From: Candidatus Bathyarchaeota archaeon
GTDB taxonomy: Archaea; Thermoproteota; Bathyarchaeia; TCS64
Direction of reading: 5' to 3'
Length of the DNA: 64,000 nt
Assembly (NCBI GenBank): GCA_043826455.1
Contig: JBDRQD010000048.1
Coordinates: 192,001 to 256,000, forward strand
Positions within the stretch are counted from its first letter, which is position 1. Every line of letters begins with the position of its first letter. Below, in pieces: positions 17,170-27,197 of the stretch. The notes below the pieces were generated by a model. The model saw only the letters and a list, made by a program, of their open reading frames with translations, was not told the origin of the DNA and searched no databases. Both the position numbers and the translations under genes were made by a program.

Positions 17170-18327
17170 ATGGCTGGTTACACTATCAGGGGGACCATGG
17201 TTACGCCCTTCGAGCTGATCTCGGGGGGCCAGGTGGAGGTCACGGACGGCACCATAAGCTACGCGGGACCCAGGCGGGCGGCCGCGGGCCACGTCATCGA
17301 CCACGCCGACGACCTGGTGTGCCCCGGATTCATAGACCTCCACGTCCACGGGGGAGCCGGCGTCGACACCATGGACCCCGACCCGGAGGCCCTCAGCAGG
17401 CTCTCAACGTACCTGGCCACTGGGGGCGTCACAGGGTTCTTGGCCACCACCCACACGGCCCCCAAGGAGGAGCTGATAACGGCCCTCTGCAGAGTCGAGG
17501 CGGCCCAGAGGATGGGCACGCCCGGGGCTGTCATCCTTGGGGCCCACGTGGAGGGGCCCTTCATCAGCGAGGAGAAGAAGGGGGCCCAGGACGGCGGCCA
17601 GGTGAGACAGGCCACAGAGATGGAGCTGGACGCCCTCTACACGGCGTCAGGGGGCACATTGAAGATCATGACTCTTTCCCCAGAGACAGGGGACGCTCTG
17701 AGGGCTGTGGAGTGGCTGGTGGAGAGGGGCGTCGTCGCAGCGGCGGGCCACACGGACGCGTCCTACGAGGAGGCGCTGCGAGCCTTCGACCGCGGTATCA
17801 CGCATTTAAGCCACTTCTATAATGGCATGAGAGGGCTTCATCATAGAGAACCCGGGGTAGTGGGAGCTGGTTTGACCGATGGCAGGGTCAACCTGGAGCT
17901 TGTGGCCGACGGAGTCCACGTCCACCCCGCCGCCCTTAGGCTGGCCGTGTTAGCCAAGGGCCCCGCCAAGATAGCCCTGGTGAGCGACTCAGTGAAGCCC
18001 GGGGGACTCCCGGACGGCGAGTACAGCTTCGGTGGCAGAGCGGTTCACGTGAAAGGCAGAAACATCACGCTGCGGGGCGGCGTCATCGCCGGCAGCGGGA
18101 TAAGGCTCAACGACGCTATCGCCACCATGGTGGAGGAGGCAGGCGTCGCCCTCACGGAGGCCGTGCAGATGGCTTCCAACACCCCCGCTAGGATACTCAA
18201 GCTGACGCCCCGCAAAGGCAGGCTGGAAGAAGGCGCAGACGCCGACATCACGGTAATAGACTGGAGGTACAGGGTCCTGAGGACCATCGTCGGCGGAGAG
18301 ACAGTGTACGAGGCTGAGCAACAATGA
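17170..18327 (+). CDS. nagA: N-acetylglucosamine-6-phosphate deacetylase
   Basis: PGFIDLHVHG, HVEGPF..KKGA, GHTDA, THLSHFYNGM, ADGVHVHP, IAGS. Confidence 0.92.
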   Translation: MAGYTIRGTMVTPFELISGGQVEVTDGTISYAGPRRAAAGHVIDHADDLVCPGFIDLHVHGGAGVDTMDPDPEALSRLSTYLATGGVTGFLATTHTAPKEELITALCRVEAAQRMGTPGAVILGAHVEGPFISEEKKGAQDGGQVRQATEMELDALYTASGGTLKIMTLSPETGDALRAVEWLVERGVVAAAGHTDASYEEALRAFDRGITHLSHFYNGMRGLHHREPGVVGAGLTDGRVNLELVADGVHVHPAALRLAVLAKGPAKIALVSDSVKPGGLPDGEYSFGGRAVHVKGRNITLRGGVIAGSGIRLNDAIATMVEEAGVALTEAVQMASNTPARILKLTPRKGRLEEGADADITVIDWRYRVLRTIVGGETVYEAEQQ

Positions 18328-19511
18328 AGGATAGGCATGATGTCCAGCTGCAACGAGCCAAAGCCTCAAGAAGAATCCTCGGCCTCATGTCAGGCACCTC
18401 AGCTGACGGCGTCACAACTGCCCTAACTGAGATAACGGGCACCGGGGCCACCGCCAAGATCAGGCTCCTCGCCCACGGCACATACCCGTACCCCGAGGAG
18501 GTGAGCCGCCGCCTCTTCAACCTCTTCACCCCAGGCGCGTCCACCATCCGGGACGTGTGCGAGATGAACTTCGTCGTCGGCGAGTGCTTCGCGGACGCCG
18601 CCCTCAGGCTCCTGGATGACCACGGGCTGAGCCCAGAAGAAGTGGACCTGGTGGGCTCTCACGGCCAGACCGTGTGGCACCAGCCCCAGGCGAAGCCCGT
18701 CGCAGGCATCGACGCTGATTCGACCCTCCAGATAGGTGAGCCCGCCGTCATATCCATGCGCACCGGGCTGCCCGTGGTGGCCGACTTCAGGAAGGCGGAC
18801 ATGGCGGCCGGGGGCCAGGGCGCGCCTCTGACGCCGTACCTTGACTACGTCCTCCACAGGCACCCCTCAAAGAGCATCATACTCCAGAACATCGGGGGCA
18901 TAGCGAACCTCACCTACATCCCGGCCTCCACCTCCCCAGGCGACGTGGTGGCCTTCGACACCGGGCCCGGGAACATGATCATAGACGCCGTGGCCCGCCG
19001 CTACACGGGCGCAAGCCACGACGTGGACGGCGGCCTGGCCAGAACCGGCACTGTCCACCGGGAGCTCCTTGCCGATCTGATGAGTCACCCCTACTACGGC
19101 AGGACTCCGCCCAAAACCACAGGCCGCGAGATGTTCGGCGAACAGTACGCCGCCGAGGTCATAAGGCGGGGAGAGTCTATGGGGCTGCCCCCAGGAGATA
19201 TTGCCGCGACCGTCACGGCCTTAACCGTGGAGACCATCGCTGACGCCTACATGAGGCACCTGCCCAGTGCAGTGGACGAGGTCTACGTCTCAGGAGGCGG
19301 CTCGAAGAATCCGGCCCTAATGGATGAGCTGAGGAGCAGGCTCAGCACCCCCGTCCGCAACTACTCTGAGCTTGGGTTCCCAGGCGAGGCCAAGGAGTCG
19401 GTACTGGTGGCTCTCCTGGCCAACGAGTACATCATGGGCACTCCATGCAACATGCCCTCTGCTACGGGTGCACGGCAGCGGGTCGTGTTGGGCTCCGCCA
19501 CATGGGTTTAA
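18324..19511 (+). CDS. anmK: Anhydro-N-acetylmuramic acid kinase
   Basis: GLMSGTSADG, GSHGQT, DFRKADMAAGGQGAPL, NIGGIAN, FDTGPGN, PPKTTGRE. Confidence 0.93.
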   Translation: MKDRHDVQLQRAKASRRILGLMSGTSADGVTTALTEITGTGATAKIRLLAHGTYPYPEEVSRRLFNLFTPGASTIRDVCEMNFVVGECFADAALRLLDDHGLSPEEVDLVGSHGQTVWHQPQAKPVAGIDADSTLQIGEPAVISMRTGLPVVADFRKADMAAGGQGAPLTPYLDYVLHRHPSKSIILQNIGGIANLTYIPASTSPGDVVAFDTGPGNMIIDAVARRYTGASHDVDGGLARTGTVHRELLADLMSHPYYGRTPPKTTGREMFGEQYAAEVIRRGESMGLPPGDIAATVTALTVETIADAYMRHLPSAVDEVYVSGGGSKNPALMDELRSRLSTPVRNYSELGFPGEAKESVLVALLANEYIMGTPCNMPSATGARQRVVLGSATWV

Positions 19512-19576
19512 CCCAACAATTTACTTGGGTAAAGACATATATGGGTAAATGTGGTTTTGGTAAACTAGTGACCTGG

Positions 19577-19813
19577 TTGGCCGAGACCACTTACCACGAG
19601 AACAAGATATACGTCCCCGCAGAGGTACGAGAGAAGCTGGGCCTCAGACCCGGTGAGAAGCTCAACATCGTCATGCTGGATAAGCGGAGCTTCAAGGTGG
19701 AGCTTCAGAGAAGACTCCCCGAAGAGGAACTGGACGACGAACTCATAAGCCCCTCCAAGGTAGGAGTGCCGGCTAAGCTCACCCGTAGGGAAATATACGA
19801 TGATATATGTTGA
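19577..19813 (+). CDS. AbrB/MazE-family antitoxin
   Basis: KIYVPAEVREKLGLRPGEKL, C-terminal LTRREIY; overlaps the PIN gene; TTG start inferred. Confidence 0.8.
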   Translation: MAETTYHENKIYVPAEVREKLGLRPGEKLNIVMLDKRSFKVELQRRLPEEELDDELISPSKVGVPAKLTRREIYDDIC

Positions 19814-20303
19814 CCGCGCGCCCCTCCACGAGAGCCCCCACGCGGCCAAGCGGTTACTCCTGGACACCATGATCCTGTGCTACGCCCACGACAGCCTGAG
19901 CCCCCACAACTGCAGAGCCAGCCTCATAGTCAGGGCCGCCATCCACGGCCACATCAGAACCCAGCTGAGCTACCAGAACCTGTCAGAGTTCTACGCCGTC
20001 GTCACAGGCAGACGGGTGGTCAATCCCCTGACGCAGGACCACGCCGCCCGGCTCTGCAGGCTCTACATGGGCTGCGCAGAGATCGGGCTCATATCGCCCA
20101 CCAGGGAAACGTACGCCGAAGCCTTCGCGTCCCTAGGCGAAAGACGGGTCGCCGGAGGCGACGTGTTCGACCACATACTCGCCTACACTGCCAAGGACAG
20201 GGCCGACACCATCTGGACCGACAACACCAGGCACTTCCAGGGCTATCCCTTCCTCAACGCTGAGAACCCCCTCGACTGGGATTGGGAGGAGACTCCGAAG
20301 TAA
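19800..20303 (+). CDS. PIN-domain (VapC-like) toxin
   Basis: LLDTMIL, QNLSEFYAVVT, VFDHILAYT, IWTDNTRHF. Confidence 0.85.
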   Translation: MIYVDRAPLHESPHAAKRLLLDTMILCYAHDSLSPHNCRASLIVRAAIHGHIRTQLSYQNLSEFYAVVTGRRVVNPLTQDHAARLCRLYMGCAEIGLISPTRETYAEAFASLGERRVAGGDVFDHILAYTAKDRADTIWTDNTRHFQGYPFLNAENPLDWDWEETPK

Positions 20304-20439
20304 CAATAGCCCATAGCACCTTAAAACTAGTTAAAAGCAATCCAAAAATAAATCGCGAAAGGTACGGTCACGGTACCGGACCCTCGTCAGCGCTCGTACA
20401 CGTTAAATTGCCTCAGCAGCCATAAAATACGGAAGCAGA

Positions 20440-21630
20440 ATGAGTAAAACAGCCCTATCGAAGGCTCTCAAGAGGATCGACGAGAACCGGATCATCGAGC
20501 TCGCCAAGGAGCTCATAGGAGTCCCCAGCGTCACGGGCCAGGAGAAGGCCGTCATGCACCGCGCCAAGGGCCTCCTGGAGGACGCCGGGGTCCCCGTCAC
20601 CTTCCACGGCGGCGAGGACAGGCCCATCATCGAGGCCGTCCTCAACCCCGGCGCCGAGAGGCAGCTGATATTCAACGGCCACCTGGACGTGGTGCCCATA
20701 GCCAGGCCCGACGCATGGACCAGGAAGCCCTGGGACCCCGTCCTGGAGGACGGCAGGCTCTACGGCAGGGGCGCCAGCGACATGAAGAGCAGCTGCGCAG
20801 TGATGATACACCTTATGGAGCTCCTCAGAGACGCTGACCTGCCCCTCAGCGTCGGTGTCCACCTGGTGCCCGACGAGGAGAAGGGCGCACAGTACGGCTC
20901 CAAGGTGCTAGTGGACAAGATAGTGGCGGGGGAGATGAGGCGCCCAGACTATGTGGTCATCGGTGAGCAGAGCAACCTGAAGGTGAGGGTCGCTGAGCGC
21001 GGCATGTTCGGGTTCCAGGTCAAGTTTCTCGGGCGGGCGGCTCACACGGCGGCCTGCAGGACCAACGGGGTGAACGCCATAGCCAAGGCCTCCAAGGGGG
21101 TCCTGGCCCTGGAGCACCACATAGACAAGTTCCACCCCTGGATAGGCCACCCCATGCAGAGCGTCAACATCATCCAGGGTGGGACAGTCACCAACCAGGT
21201 GCCCGCCGAGTGCACCATCACCGTGGACCGGCGCCTCGTCATCGGGGAGACCGCCGACGACGTAGTGGAATCGGTCAAGGCCGACCTGGACAAGGCTGGA
21301 GAGGGGGACCTCGACTGGAGCTGGGAGATGGTAGCCCCCAAGGACGATAAAGGAGAATGGGTTTACACCCCCGCCAACTTCACTCCACCGGACACGCCCC
21401 TGGGAGAAGCCTTCATGAAGGCGGTGCCCGCCGCCCTGGGCACGGAGCCGGAGCTCTACGTGGAGTGGGCCGGCAGCACCGACGGCCGCCTCTACAGGCA
21501 GGCCGGCATCCACACCATAGGCTTCGGGCCCGTAGGGTTCGGAGCCCACGGCCCCGACGAGTTCGTCATCGTGGACAGCCTCATGAAGCAGGCCAGGGTC
21601 TACGTGGCCCTGGTCCATGGGCTCGGCTAG
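20440..21630 (+). CDS. M20 metallopeptidase (ArgE/DapE family)
   Basis: FNGHLDVVP, GRGASDMK, DEE, GE, GRAAH, AHGPDE. Confidence 0.9.
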   Translation: MSKTALSKALKRIDENRIIELAKELIGVPSVTGQEKAVMHRAKGLLEDAGVPVTFHGGEDRPIIEAVLNPGAERQLIFNGHLDVVPIARPDAWTRKPWDPVLEDGRLYGRGASDMKSSCAVMIHLMELLRDADLPLSVGVHLVPDEEKGAQYGSKVLVDKIVAGEMRRPDYVVIGEQSNLKVRVAERGMFGFQVKFLGRAAHTAACRTNGVNAIAKASKGVLALEHHIDKFHPWIGHPMQSVNIIQGGTVTNQVPAECTITVDRRLVIGETADDVVESVKADLDKAGEGDLDWSWEMVAPKDDKGEWVYTPANFTPPDTPLGEAFMKAVPAALGTEPELYVEWAGSTDGRLYRQAGIHTIGFGPVGFGAHGPDEFVIVDSLMKQARVYVALVHGLG

Positions 21631-23246
21631 CCGCCGTTCTTTATCCGGACGATCTCGTCCACTAGGTTCATTGCTAGCTGGTAGTTGTCCCCGACCCTTA
21701 TCCACGGGTCCATGAGCCAGGTGATGTCCCCGAAGGCCACCACCGTTGTGTTTCCCTTATCCAGCAGCGCCACCGGCCCGTATACGTCCATCAGCTCAGA
21801 GACGCTGTTGTAGGTGCCCCAGCTGGCGTAGGCTGTGTCACTGTCCGTGGCGCTTAGGTGGGTCGAGGTGAAAAACACGAGCTGGGTAAGCTCCTCTGTG
21901 AGCCAGTTGGCCTCGAACTGGGTGACCTTGATGTTCCTGTAGAAGCCGTGGTAGTCCAGCATGTTGTACAGGTAGCCTTTGCCAAAGTGGAGTCCCCAGT
22001 GGTTCGCCAAGCTGTTTATCGGTCCCTGCATCTGGCTGGTGCTGAGGAACTCGGTGCTGGCGTCACTGAACAGCACCAGCATGTTTCCCCTCTGGACGAA
22101 CCTCTGGATGGCCTCGTACTGCTCGTAGCTGTAAGCCTGGGTGGGGGCAACCACTATGAGGCAGGAGGCGTGATCCAGGGCCTTCTCGACGGTCTCCCAC
22201 GTGTAGCCGTATCCCAGGAAGACGCCGCGCTTGGCCAGCTCAGCGGCCAGGGCGTCCATGACGTAGGGGCTCACCCTGTTGCCGTGGCTCACGTCCACCA
22301 CCACCTGGCCTACCTGCACCTCTGTCACGTTGCTCTCCTCTATGGTGATGGACGCCTCGTCTCCGTTCTGCATGTATATCTGGTTAGGCATGTACAGGTA
22401 GTAGAGGGCCGGGGGCGGGTTAGCCTCGTTGAGCTGGCTGACGGTGGGGTACCCCGAGGTCAGGGCGCCGCCGCCCTGGTTCACCCTCTCCACTAGGTCC
22501 ACCACCTTGTAGCTGTCCAGCTCCGCCTGCCCGGCAGCGTAGTCTAGGGCGGCCTGCCGGCCCCCTATCTGGTCCGCGACGCCCAAGTTGACGGCCTCCG
22601 TCCCCAGCCACACCGAGCCTCTCTTCATCTCCATGAGGCTCAGGGTGAGCCTGGAGCCTCTGCCCAGCTGCACCGCCGAGGCGAAGCTGTCCAATGCCTT
22701 GGTAATGTTGAAGGGGAAGAGGGCGGGGCTGAACCCGGTGACCTTCTGGGGCCCCGTCTCGAAGGTGAACTCGCTGGGCACCATGAATCCTGGGCCCACG
22801 CCGATGACCCCCACGTTGCCCACCATGGCCGTGGGCAGGGTGAATATCTGGTCCGCGGCCACGGCTATGTAGTAGCCGCCCGAGAGGGCCGTGGAGGCCG
22901 AGGCCACCAGGGGCTTGGACTTCTTCAGCTCCAGGAGGTCAAAGTACACCTGCTCCACAAGGTATGCGGAGCCGCCGGGGGAGTCGATCTCCAGCACAAC
23001 CGCCTTGATGTCGTCGTCGTTCACCGCCTCCCGTATGGCGTCCAGCAGCAGCCCTGCCTGGCCTGCCTCCTCGATGACGCCCTCGACGGCTATCACCCCC
23101 ACGGTGCCCCTCCTGACACCGGTCCCAGGTATGCCGTCGTTAGGCTCCCAGAAGTAGATGAATGCCATGCCTACGATCATTATGATGGAGAACGCGGCCA
23201 GCGCCATCGTCCCACGGTTACCCTTAATCTTCTCCAAATACCCCAA
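21627..23246 (-). CDS. S49 (SppA-type) peptidase with N-terminal TM and C-terminal GATase-like/DUF4350-like domain
   Basis: IDSPGGS, SGGYYIA, GNVGV, LGVADQIG; C-terminal VVVDVSHGN..LIVVAP..FVQRG..INSLA. Confidence 0.8.
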   Translation of the reverse strand: MGYLEKIKGNRGTMALAAFSIIMIVGMAFIYFWEPNDGIPGTGVRRGTVGVIAVEGVIEEAGQAGLLLDAIREAVNDDDIKAVVLEIDSPGGSAYLVEQVYFDLLELKKSKPLVASASTALSGGYYIAVAADQIFTLPTAMVGNVGVIGVGPGFMVPSEFTFETGPQKVTGFSPALFPFNITKALDSFASAVQLGRGSRLTLSLMEMKRGSVWLGTEAVNLGVADQIGGRQAALDYAAGQAELDSYKVVDLVERVNQGGGALTSGYPTVSQLNEANPPPALYYLYMPNQIYMQNGDEASITIEESNVTEVQVGQVVVDVSHGNRVSPYVMDALAAELAKRGVFLGYGYTWETVEKALDHASCLIVVAPTQAYSYEQYEAIQRFVQRGNMLVLFSDASTEFLSTSQMQGPINSLANHWGLHFGKGYLYNMLDYHGFYRNIKVTQFEANWLTEELTQLVFFTSTHLSATDSDTAYASWGTYNSVSELMDVYGPVALLDKGNTTVVAFGDITWLMDPWIRVGDNYQLAMNLVDEIVRIKNGG

Positions 23247-23348
23247 CCTCAGTTACCCCATAGGATTCCCGGACACGTTTAAAGATGTTCACACCCAGGC
23301 AAGACTTTAACAGCCCCGGACCCATATGTCCCGTGTTCTGGTGTCGAA

Positions 23349-24236
23349 ATGACTCAAACCGTTTTACCCGGCGTCCCCGAGGCCTTCAGCCTCTTCGGCA
23401 GGCCCCTATGTACTGCCCCGCTGCTTCCGGAGGCCCTGGAGCAGCAGAGGCCGCTCTACGAGAAGGCCCTTGAGGACTGGAGGGAATGCCCAGAGGACCC
23501 CGACAGGATCATATGGCTGGGCAGACGAACCGCTTACCTGGGAAGGTACAGGGAGGCCCTAGCCATATTCAGCATGGGTCTGGAGAAGCACCCCGGCTAC
23601 GCCAAGCTGTACAGGCACAGGGGCCACAGGTTCATAACGTTGAGGCTCTTCGGCAACGCCGTCGACGACTTCGAGAAGGCCGCGGAGCTCATGGTCTCGG
23701 CGCCGGACGAGGTGGAGCCCGACGGCCTCCCCAACCCCAGGGGCACGCCCACCAGCACCCTGTACTTCAACGTCTGGTACCACCTCGGCCTCTCCTATTA
23801 CCTGGTAGGCGACCTGCGGAGGGCCCTCAAGGCCTACAGGATGTGCATGAAGGTCTCGGAGATGGACGAGAAGTACGTGGCCACGGCCCACTGGACCTAC
23901 ATGACCCTACGACGGCTGGGCAGAGAGAAGGAGGCGGAGAGGCTCCTGGGCCGCGTGGAGCCCGGCATGGACGTGGTGGAGAACACCCACTACCACGGCT
24001 GCCTCCTCATGTACAAGGGGCTGCGGAGCCCCGAGGAGCTCATGAAGGAGGCTAGGGATCAGGGCGCCCTGGGCTTGGTGACCACGGGGTACGGGGTCGC
24101 CAACTGGTACAGCTACAACGGCGACAAGGAGAAGGCCGTGGGCATCCTGCGGGAGATACTGGCCCTGGAGGGGTGGGCGGGCTTCGGATACATCGCGGCT
24201 GAGGCTGACCTGAAGCGCATGGGCTTGAAGCCCTGA
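23349..24236 (+). CDS. TPR-repeat protein
   Basis: Repeated TPR-like helices (YLGRYREAL, YRHRGHR, WYHLGLSYY). Confidence 0.8.
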   Translation: MTQTVLPGVPEAFSLFGRPLCTAPLLPEALEQQRPLYEKALEDWRECPEDPDRIIWLGRRTAYLGRYREALAIFSMGLEKHPGYAKLYRHRGHRFITLRLFGNAVDDFEKAAELMVSAPDEVEPDGLPNPRGTPTSTLYFNVWYHLGLSYYLVGDLRRALKAYRMCMKVSEMDEKYVATAHWTYMTLRRLGREKEAERLLGRVEPGMDVVENTHYHGCLLMYKGLRSPEELMKEARDQGALGLVTTGYGVANWYSYNGDKEKAVGILREILALEGWAGFGYIAAEADLKRMGLKP

Positions 24237-24377
24237 TCAATTATTTTCCACCTGGGCCCTCCGAGGCGTCGGCCATCACATCAGTGATGGCCTTGAAACA
24301 GGTGGCCAACCATGTCCCTAATCTAGGCCTCGGCTTCAGAGATGTTGATTATATGGATTTAGGTATAGGCACGGGCT

Positions 24378-25544
24378 CTACCTTCTGTTGAACACTGTGA
24401 GGCCTATGAAGGCTGCCGCAGCCAGGGCCCCGCTGTACAGGCTGGAGACCCATAGGCCCTGGGTCTGCCACAGGGCGCCCACAACGGAGTTGGCCACCAG
24501 GAAAGCTGTCCCCACCACCAGGTAGTAGAGGCCGTAGGCGGTGCCCCTGAGCCCGGCCTCCACGTAGCCCGGGACCAGGGCCCGCTGAACCGTCTCCACC
24601 ACACCGACGTAGGCACCGAAGACCGCCGCCGCCACGTAGGCCGAGACTACAAGCCTGGGGCTTAGAGCCAGCAGCGCGACTGAAGCCAGGAACACTAGGT
24701 AGCCGTAAGATAGAACCTTCTCCTTGCCCACCCTGTCCGCCAGCCTACCAGCCGGGATGGCCACTAGGGTGTGGGCGACGTTCACCACCGCGTACACCAC
24801 CGGGATGAGGGCGTCCCCCACCCCCATCTCCTTGGCGTTAAGCAGAATGAAGCTGAAGTTGAAGGCCCCTAGGCTGAACATGGCGACTATGCCTAGCAGC
24901 ACCAGGAACCTGCCCCTGGCCACCTCCCTCAGCCCCTGAAGGAACCTGAACTCCCTGAGCTCATCGCCCACGATCTCCTTGACGCCGAAGAGGATTATTA
25001 CCAGGGCTATTGTGCCCGGAACCAGTGAGAGCCAGAAGACCTCCCGGACGGTCCAGCCCAGGAACACCATCACGGCGGTCGCCACCAGCGGCCCCACTAT
25101 GGCTCCCGTCTGGTCCAGGGTCCTGTGGAGGCCGAAGGCCTCCCCTCTCCTGCCCGCCGGCACCGAGTCGCTTATCAGGGCGTCCCGGGGCGCTGTCCTT
25201 ATGCCCTTACCCACCCTGTCCGCGACCCTGATGATGAGGGCGTCCGTCACCGTGGAGGCGGCGGCGAAGAAGGGCTTCACCACGTTGGACAGGGCATAGC
25301 CCAAGATGATGAAGGGCTTCCTGCGCCTGAACTTGTCGCTGAAGACACCTGAGACGGCCCTGAGCATGTAGCTGAGGGCCTCCGCCACCCCCTCGATGAA
25401 TCCTAGGGTGGCCACGCTTCCTCCGGGCAGCCCCAGAATGAAGACAGGTAGGATGCTGAACACCATCTCGCTGGACACGTCGGTGAAGAAGCTGACGAAG
25501 CCCAGCATGTACACGTTCCTGATGTCCTCGTTTCCTTCTCCCAT
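24378..25544 (-). CDS. MFS transporter
   Basis: About 12 TM; SDKFRRRKP, GRLADRVGK, DRVGKGIRTAPRDAL. Confidence 0.9.
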   Translation of the reverse strand: MGEGNEDIRNVYMLGFVSFFTDVSSEMVFSILPVFILGLPGGSVATLGFIEGVAEALSYMLRAVSGVFSDKFRRRKPFIILGYALSNVVKPFFAAASTVTDALIIRVADRVGKGIRTAPRDALISDSVPAGRRGEAFGLHRTLDQTGAIVGPLVATAVMVFLGWTVREVFWLSLVPGTIALVIILFGVKEIVGDELREFRFLQGLREVARGRFLVLLGIVAMFSLGAFNFSFILLNAKEMGVGDALIPVVYAVVNVAHTLVAIPAGRLADRVGKEKVLSYGYLVFLASVALLALSPRLVVSAYVAAAVFGAYVGVVETVQRALVPGYVEAGLRGTAYGLYYLVVGTAFLVANSVVGALWQTQGLWVSSLYSGALAAAAFIGLTVFNRR

Positions 25545-25658
25545 AGCCTCATGTTGGGTGGCAGCCGAGATAATAGTGTATCTTGTTCAAGTCGTGGCCG
25601 TCCCAGATTCGTCAACGTAAAATCTGTGAAGCCCCACCACAGGTATCAGGTGACCACG

Positions 25659-25850
25659 TTGAGCGGTGATGGGGAGAAAGAGTACATCCGCATGGTGGCG
25701 GAGACGGCTAGAACCATGTGGGGCGAGGAGACGGTGAAACAGTTCATGGACCACATCGAGAGGACGGCCAAGGCGGTCTACGAGGTGGGCAGCTACCCTC
25801 TGGAGGCCTCAGCCGAGCCGGTGACCAAGATGAGGCCGGAGGCAGCGTGA
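25659..25850 (+). CDS. Small protein coupled to the amidase (GatC/AtzG-like partner?)
   Basis: AGGTGA RBS before TTG; 63 aa ending PLEASAEP; TGATG overlap with the amidase start. Confidence 0.6.
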   Translation: MSGDGEKEYIRMVAETARTMWGEETVKQFMDHIERTAKAVYEVGSYPLEASAEPVTKMRPEAA

Positions 25851-27166
25851 TGGAGGCCTACACGCTGTCCCTTGCCGAAGCCGCCCGGCTCATGAGGAAC
25901 GGAATGCTGACCCCCACACGCCTCGCCGAGTCCCTCCTAGATAGGATCGATGAGCTTGAGCCCGTGGTGGAGGCCTGGGTCACCGTGGACAGGGAGAAGG
26001 TCATGGAGGAGGCCGAGGAGGCCACCAAGGAGATCACCGACGGAGTTTTCAGGAGCCCCCTCCACGGCATCCCCGTGGGTGTGAAGGACATCTACTACAC
26101 GGAGGGCACCCTCACCACCATGGGGTCACCGCTGTTCGCGGGGTTCGTCCCGGACCGCGACGCCGACATAGTGAAGGCCCTCAAGAGGGCGGGGGCCATC
26201 ATTCTGGGCAAGACGGAGACCACCGAGTTCGCTTTACACGACCCCGCCCCGACGAGGAACCCCTGGAACACGGGGCACACCCCCGGGGGAAGCAGCAGCG
26301 GCTCAGCGGCCGCCGTCTCCTGCGGCATGGCGCCCCTGGCCTTCGGGAGCCAGACGGGGGGCAGCGTTGTACGCCCCGCCAGCTACTGCGGCACCGTGGG
26401 GTACAAGTGCACCTATGACCTCCTCAGCAGGGGAGGCGTCTACCCCCTCAGCTGGAGCCTGGACCACATAGGCTTCATGACCCGGACCGTGGAGGACGCC
26501 TTGATCACCCTGAGGACCCTACGCCCCGACCTCTCCGACGGGCCCCAGACGGGCAAGCCGCCGAGGCTGGGCCTCCTGAGCGGCTACTTCAAGGAGAACG
26601 CGTCCGAGGAGGTTTGGCCTGGCTTCGAGAGAGCCGTGGGCAAGCTCTGGGGCGAGGGAGCCCAGGTTGTGGACGTGAAGCTGCCTGAGAGCTTCAGGAT
26701 GGTGCCCAGCGTCCACAGGGTCATCATGGCGGTGGAGACGGCGGCGGCCCACGAGGACATGTTCAGGGAGAGGGCCGACGAGTACCGGGAGTACCTGAGG
26801 GGCTTCATATCCAGCGGCCTCCTGGTCCCAGCCACCGCCTACCTGCGGGCCCAACGGATCAGGGGTCAGATCATCAGCGACGTGGTCAAGCTGCTGGAGG
26901 GCTACGACTGCCTCATATGTCCCTCCACCGTGGACACGGCCCCTCGGGGGCTACAGTGGACCGGAAGTCCGGCCTTCAACTCCCCCTGGAGCCTCACGGG
27001 GCTGCCCACGGTCACGGTGCCCTCAGGCCTGAGCGGAGAGGGGCTGCCTCTGGGCCTCCAGCTTGTAGGCCGGCCCTACGATGACATCGGCCTCTTCAGG
27101 GTGGCGGCCTGGTGCGAGAAGACCCTGGAGTTCCCCACGGGCCCAAAGGACCCTCACACACCTTAA
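25850..27166 (+). CDS. Amidase-signature family enzyme
   Basis: PLHGIPVGVKD, GGSSSGSAAAV, GSQTGGSVVRPA. Confidence 0.92.
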   Translation: MEAYTLSLAEAARLMRNGMLTPTRLAESLLDRIDELEPVVEAWVTVDREKVMEEAEEATKEITDGVFRSPLHGIPVGVKDIYYTEGTLTTMGSPLFAGFVPDRDADIVKALKRAGAIILGKTETTEFALHDPAPTRNPWNTGHTPGGSSSGSAAAVSCGMAPLAFGSQTGGSVVRPASYCGTVGYKCTYDLLSRGGVYPLSWSLDHIGFMTRTVEDALITLRTLRPDLSDGPQTGKPPRLGLLSGYFKENASEEVWPGFERAVGKLWGEGAQVVDVKLPESFRMVPSVHRVIMAVETAAAHEDMFRERADEYREYLRGFISSGLLVPATAYLRAQRIRGQIISDVVKLLEGYDCLICPSTVDTAPRGLQWTGSPAFNSPWSLTGLPTVTVPSGLSGEGLPLGLQLVGRPYDDIGLFRVAAWCEKTLEFPTGPKDPHTP

Positions 27167-27197
27167 TCATATATTTATAGCCACGTTTCTTCATGGT

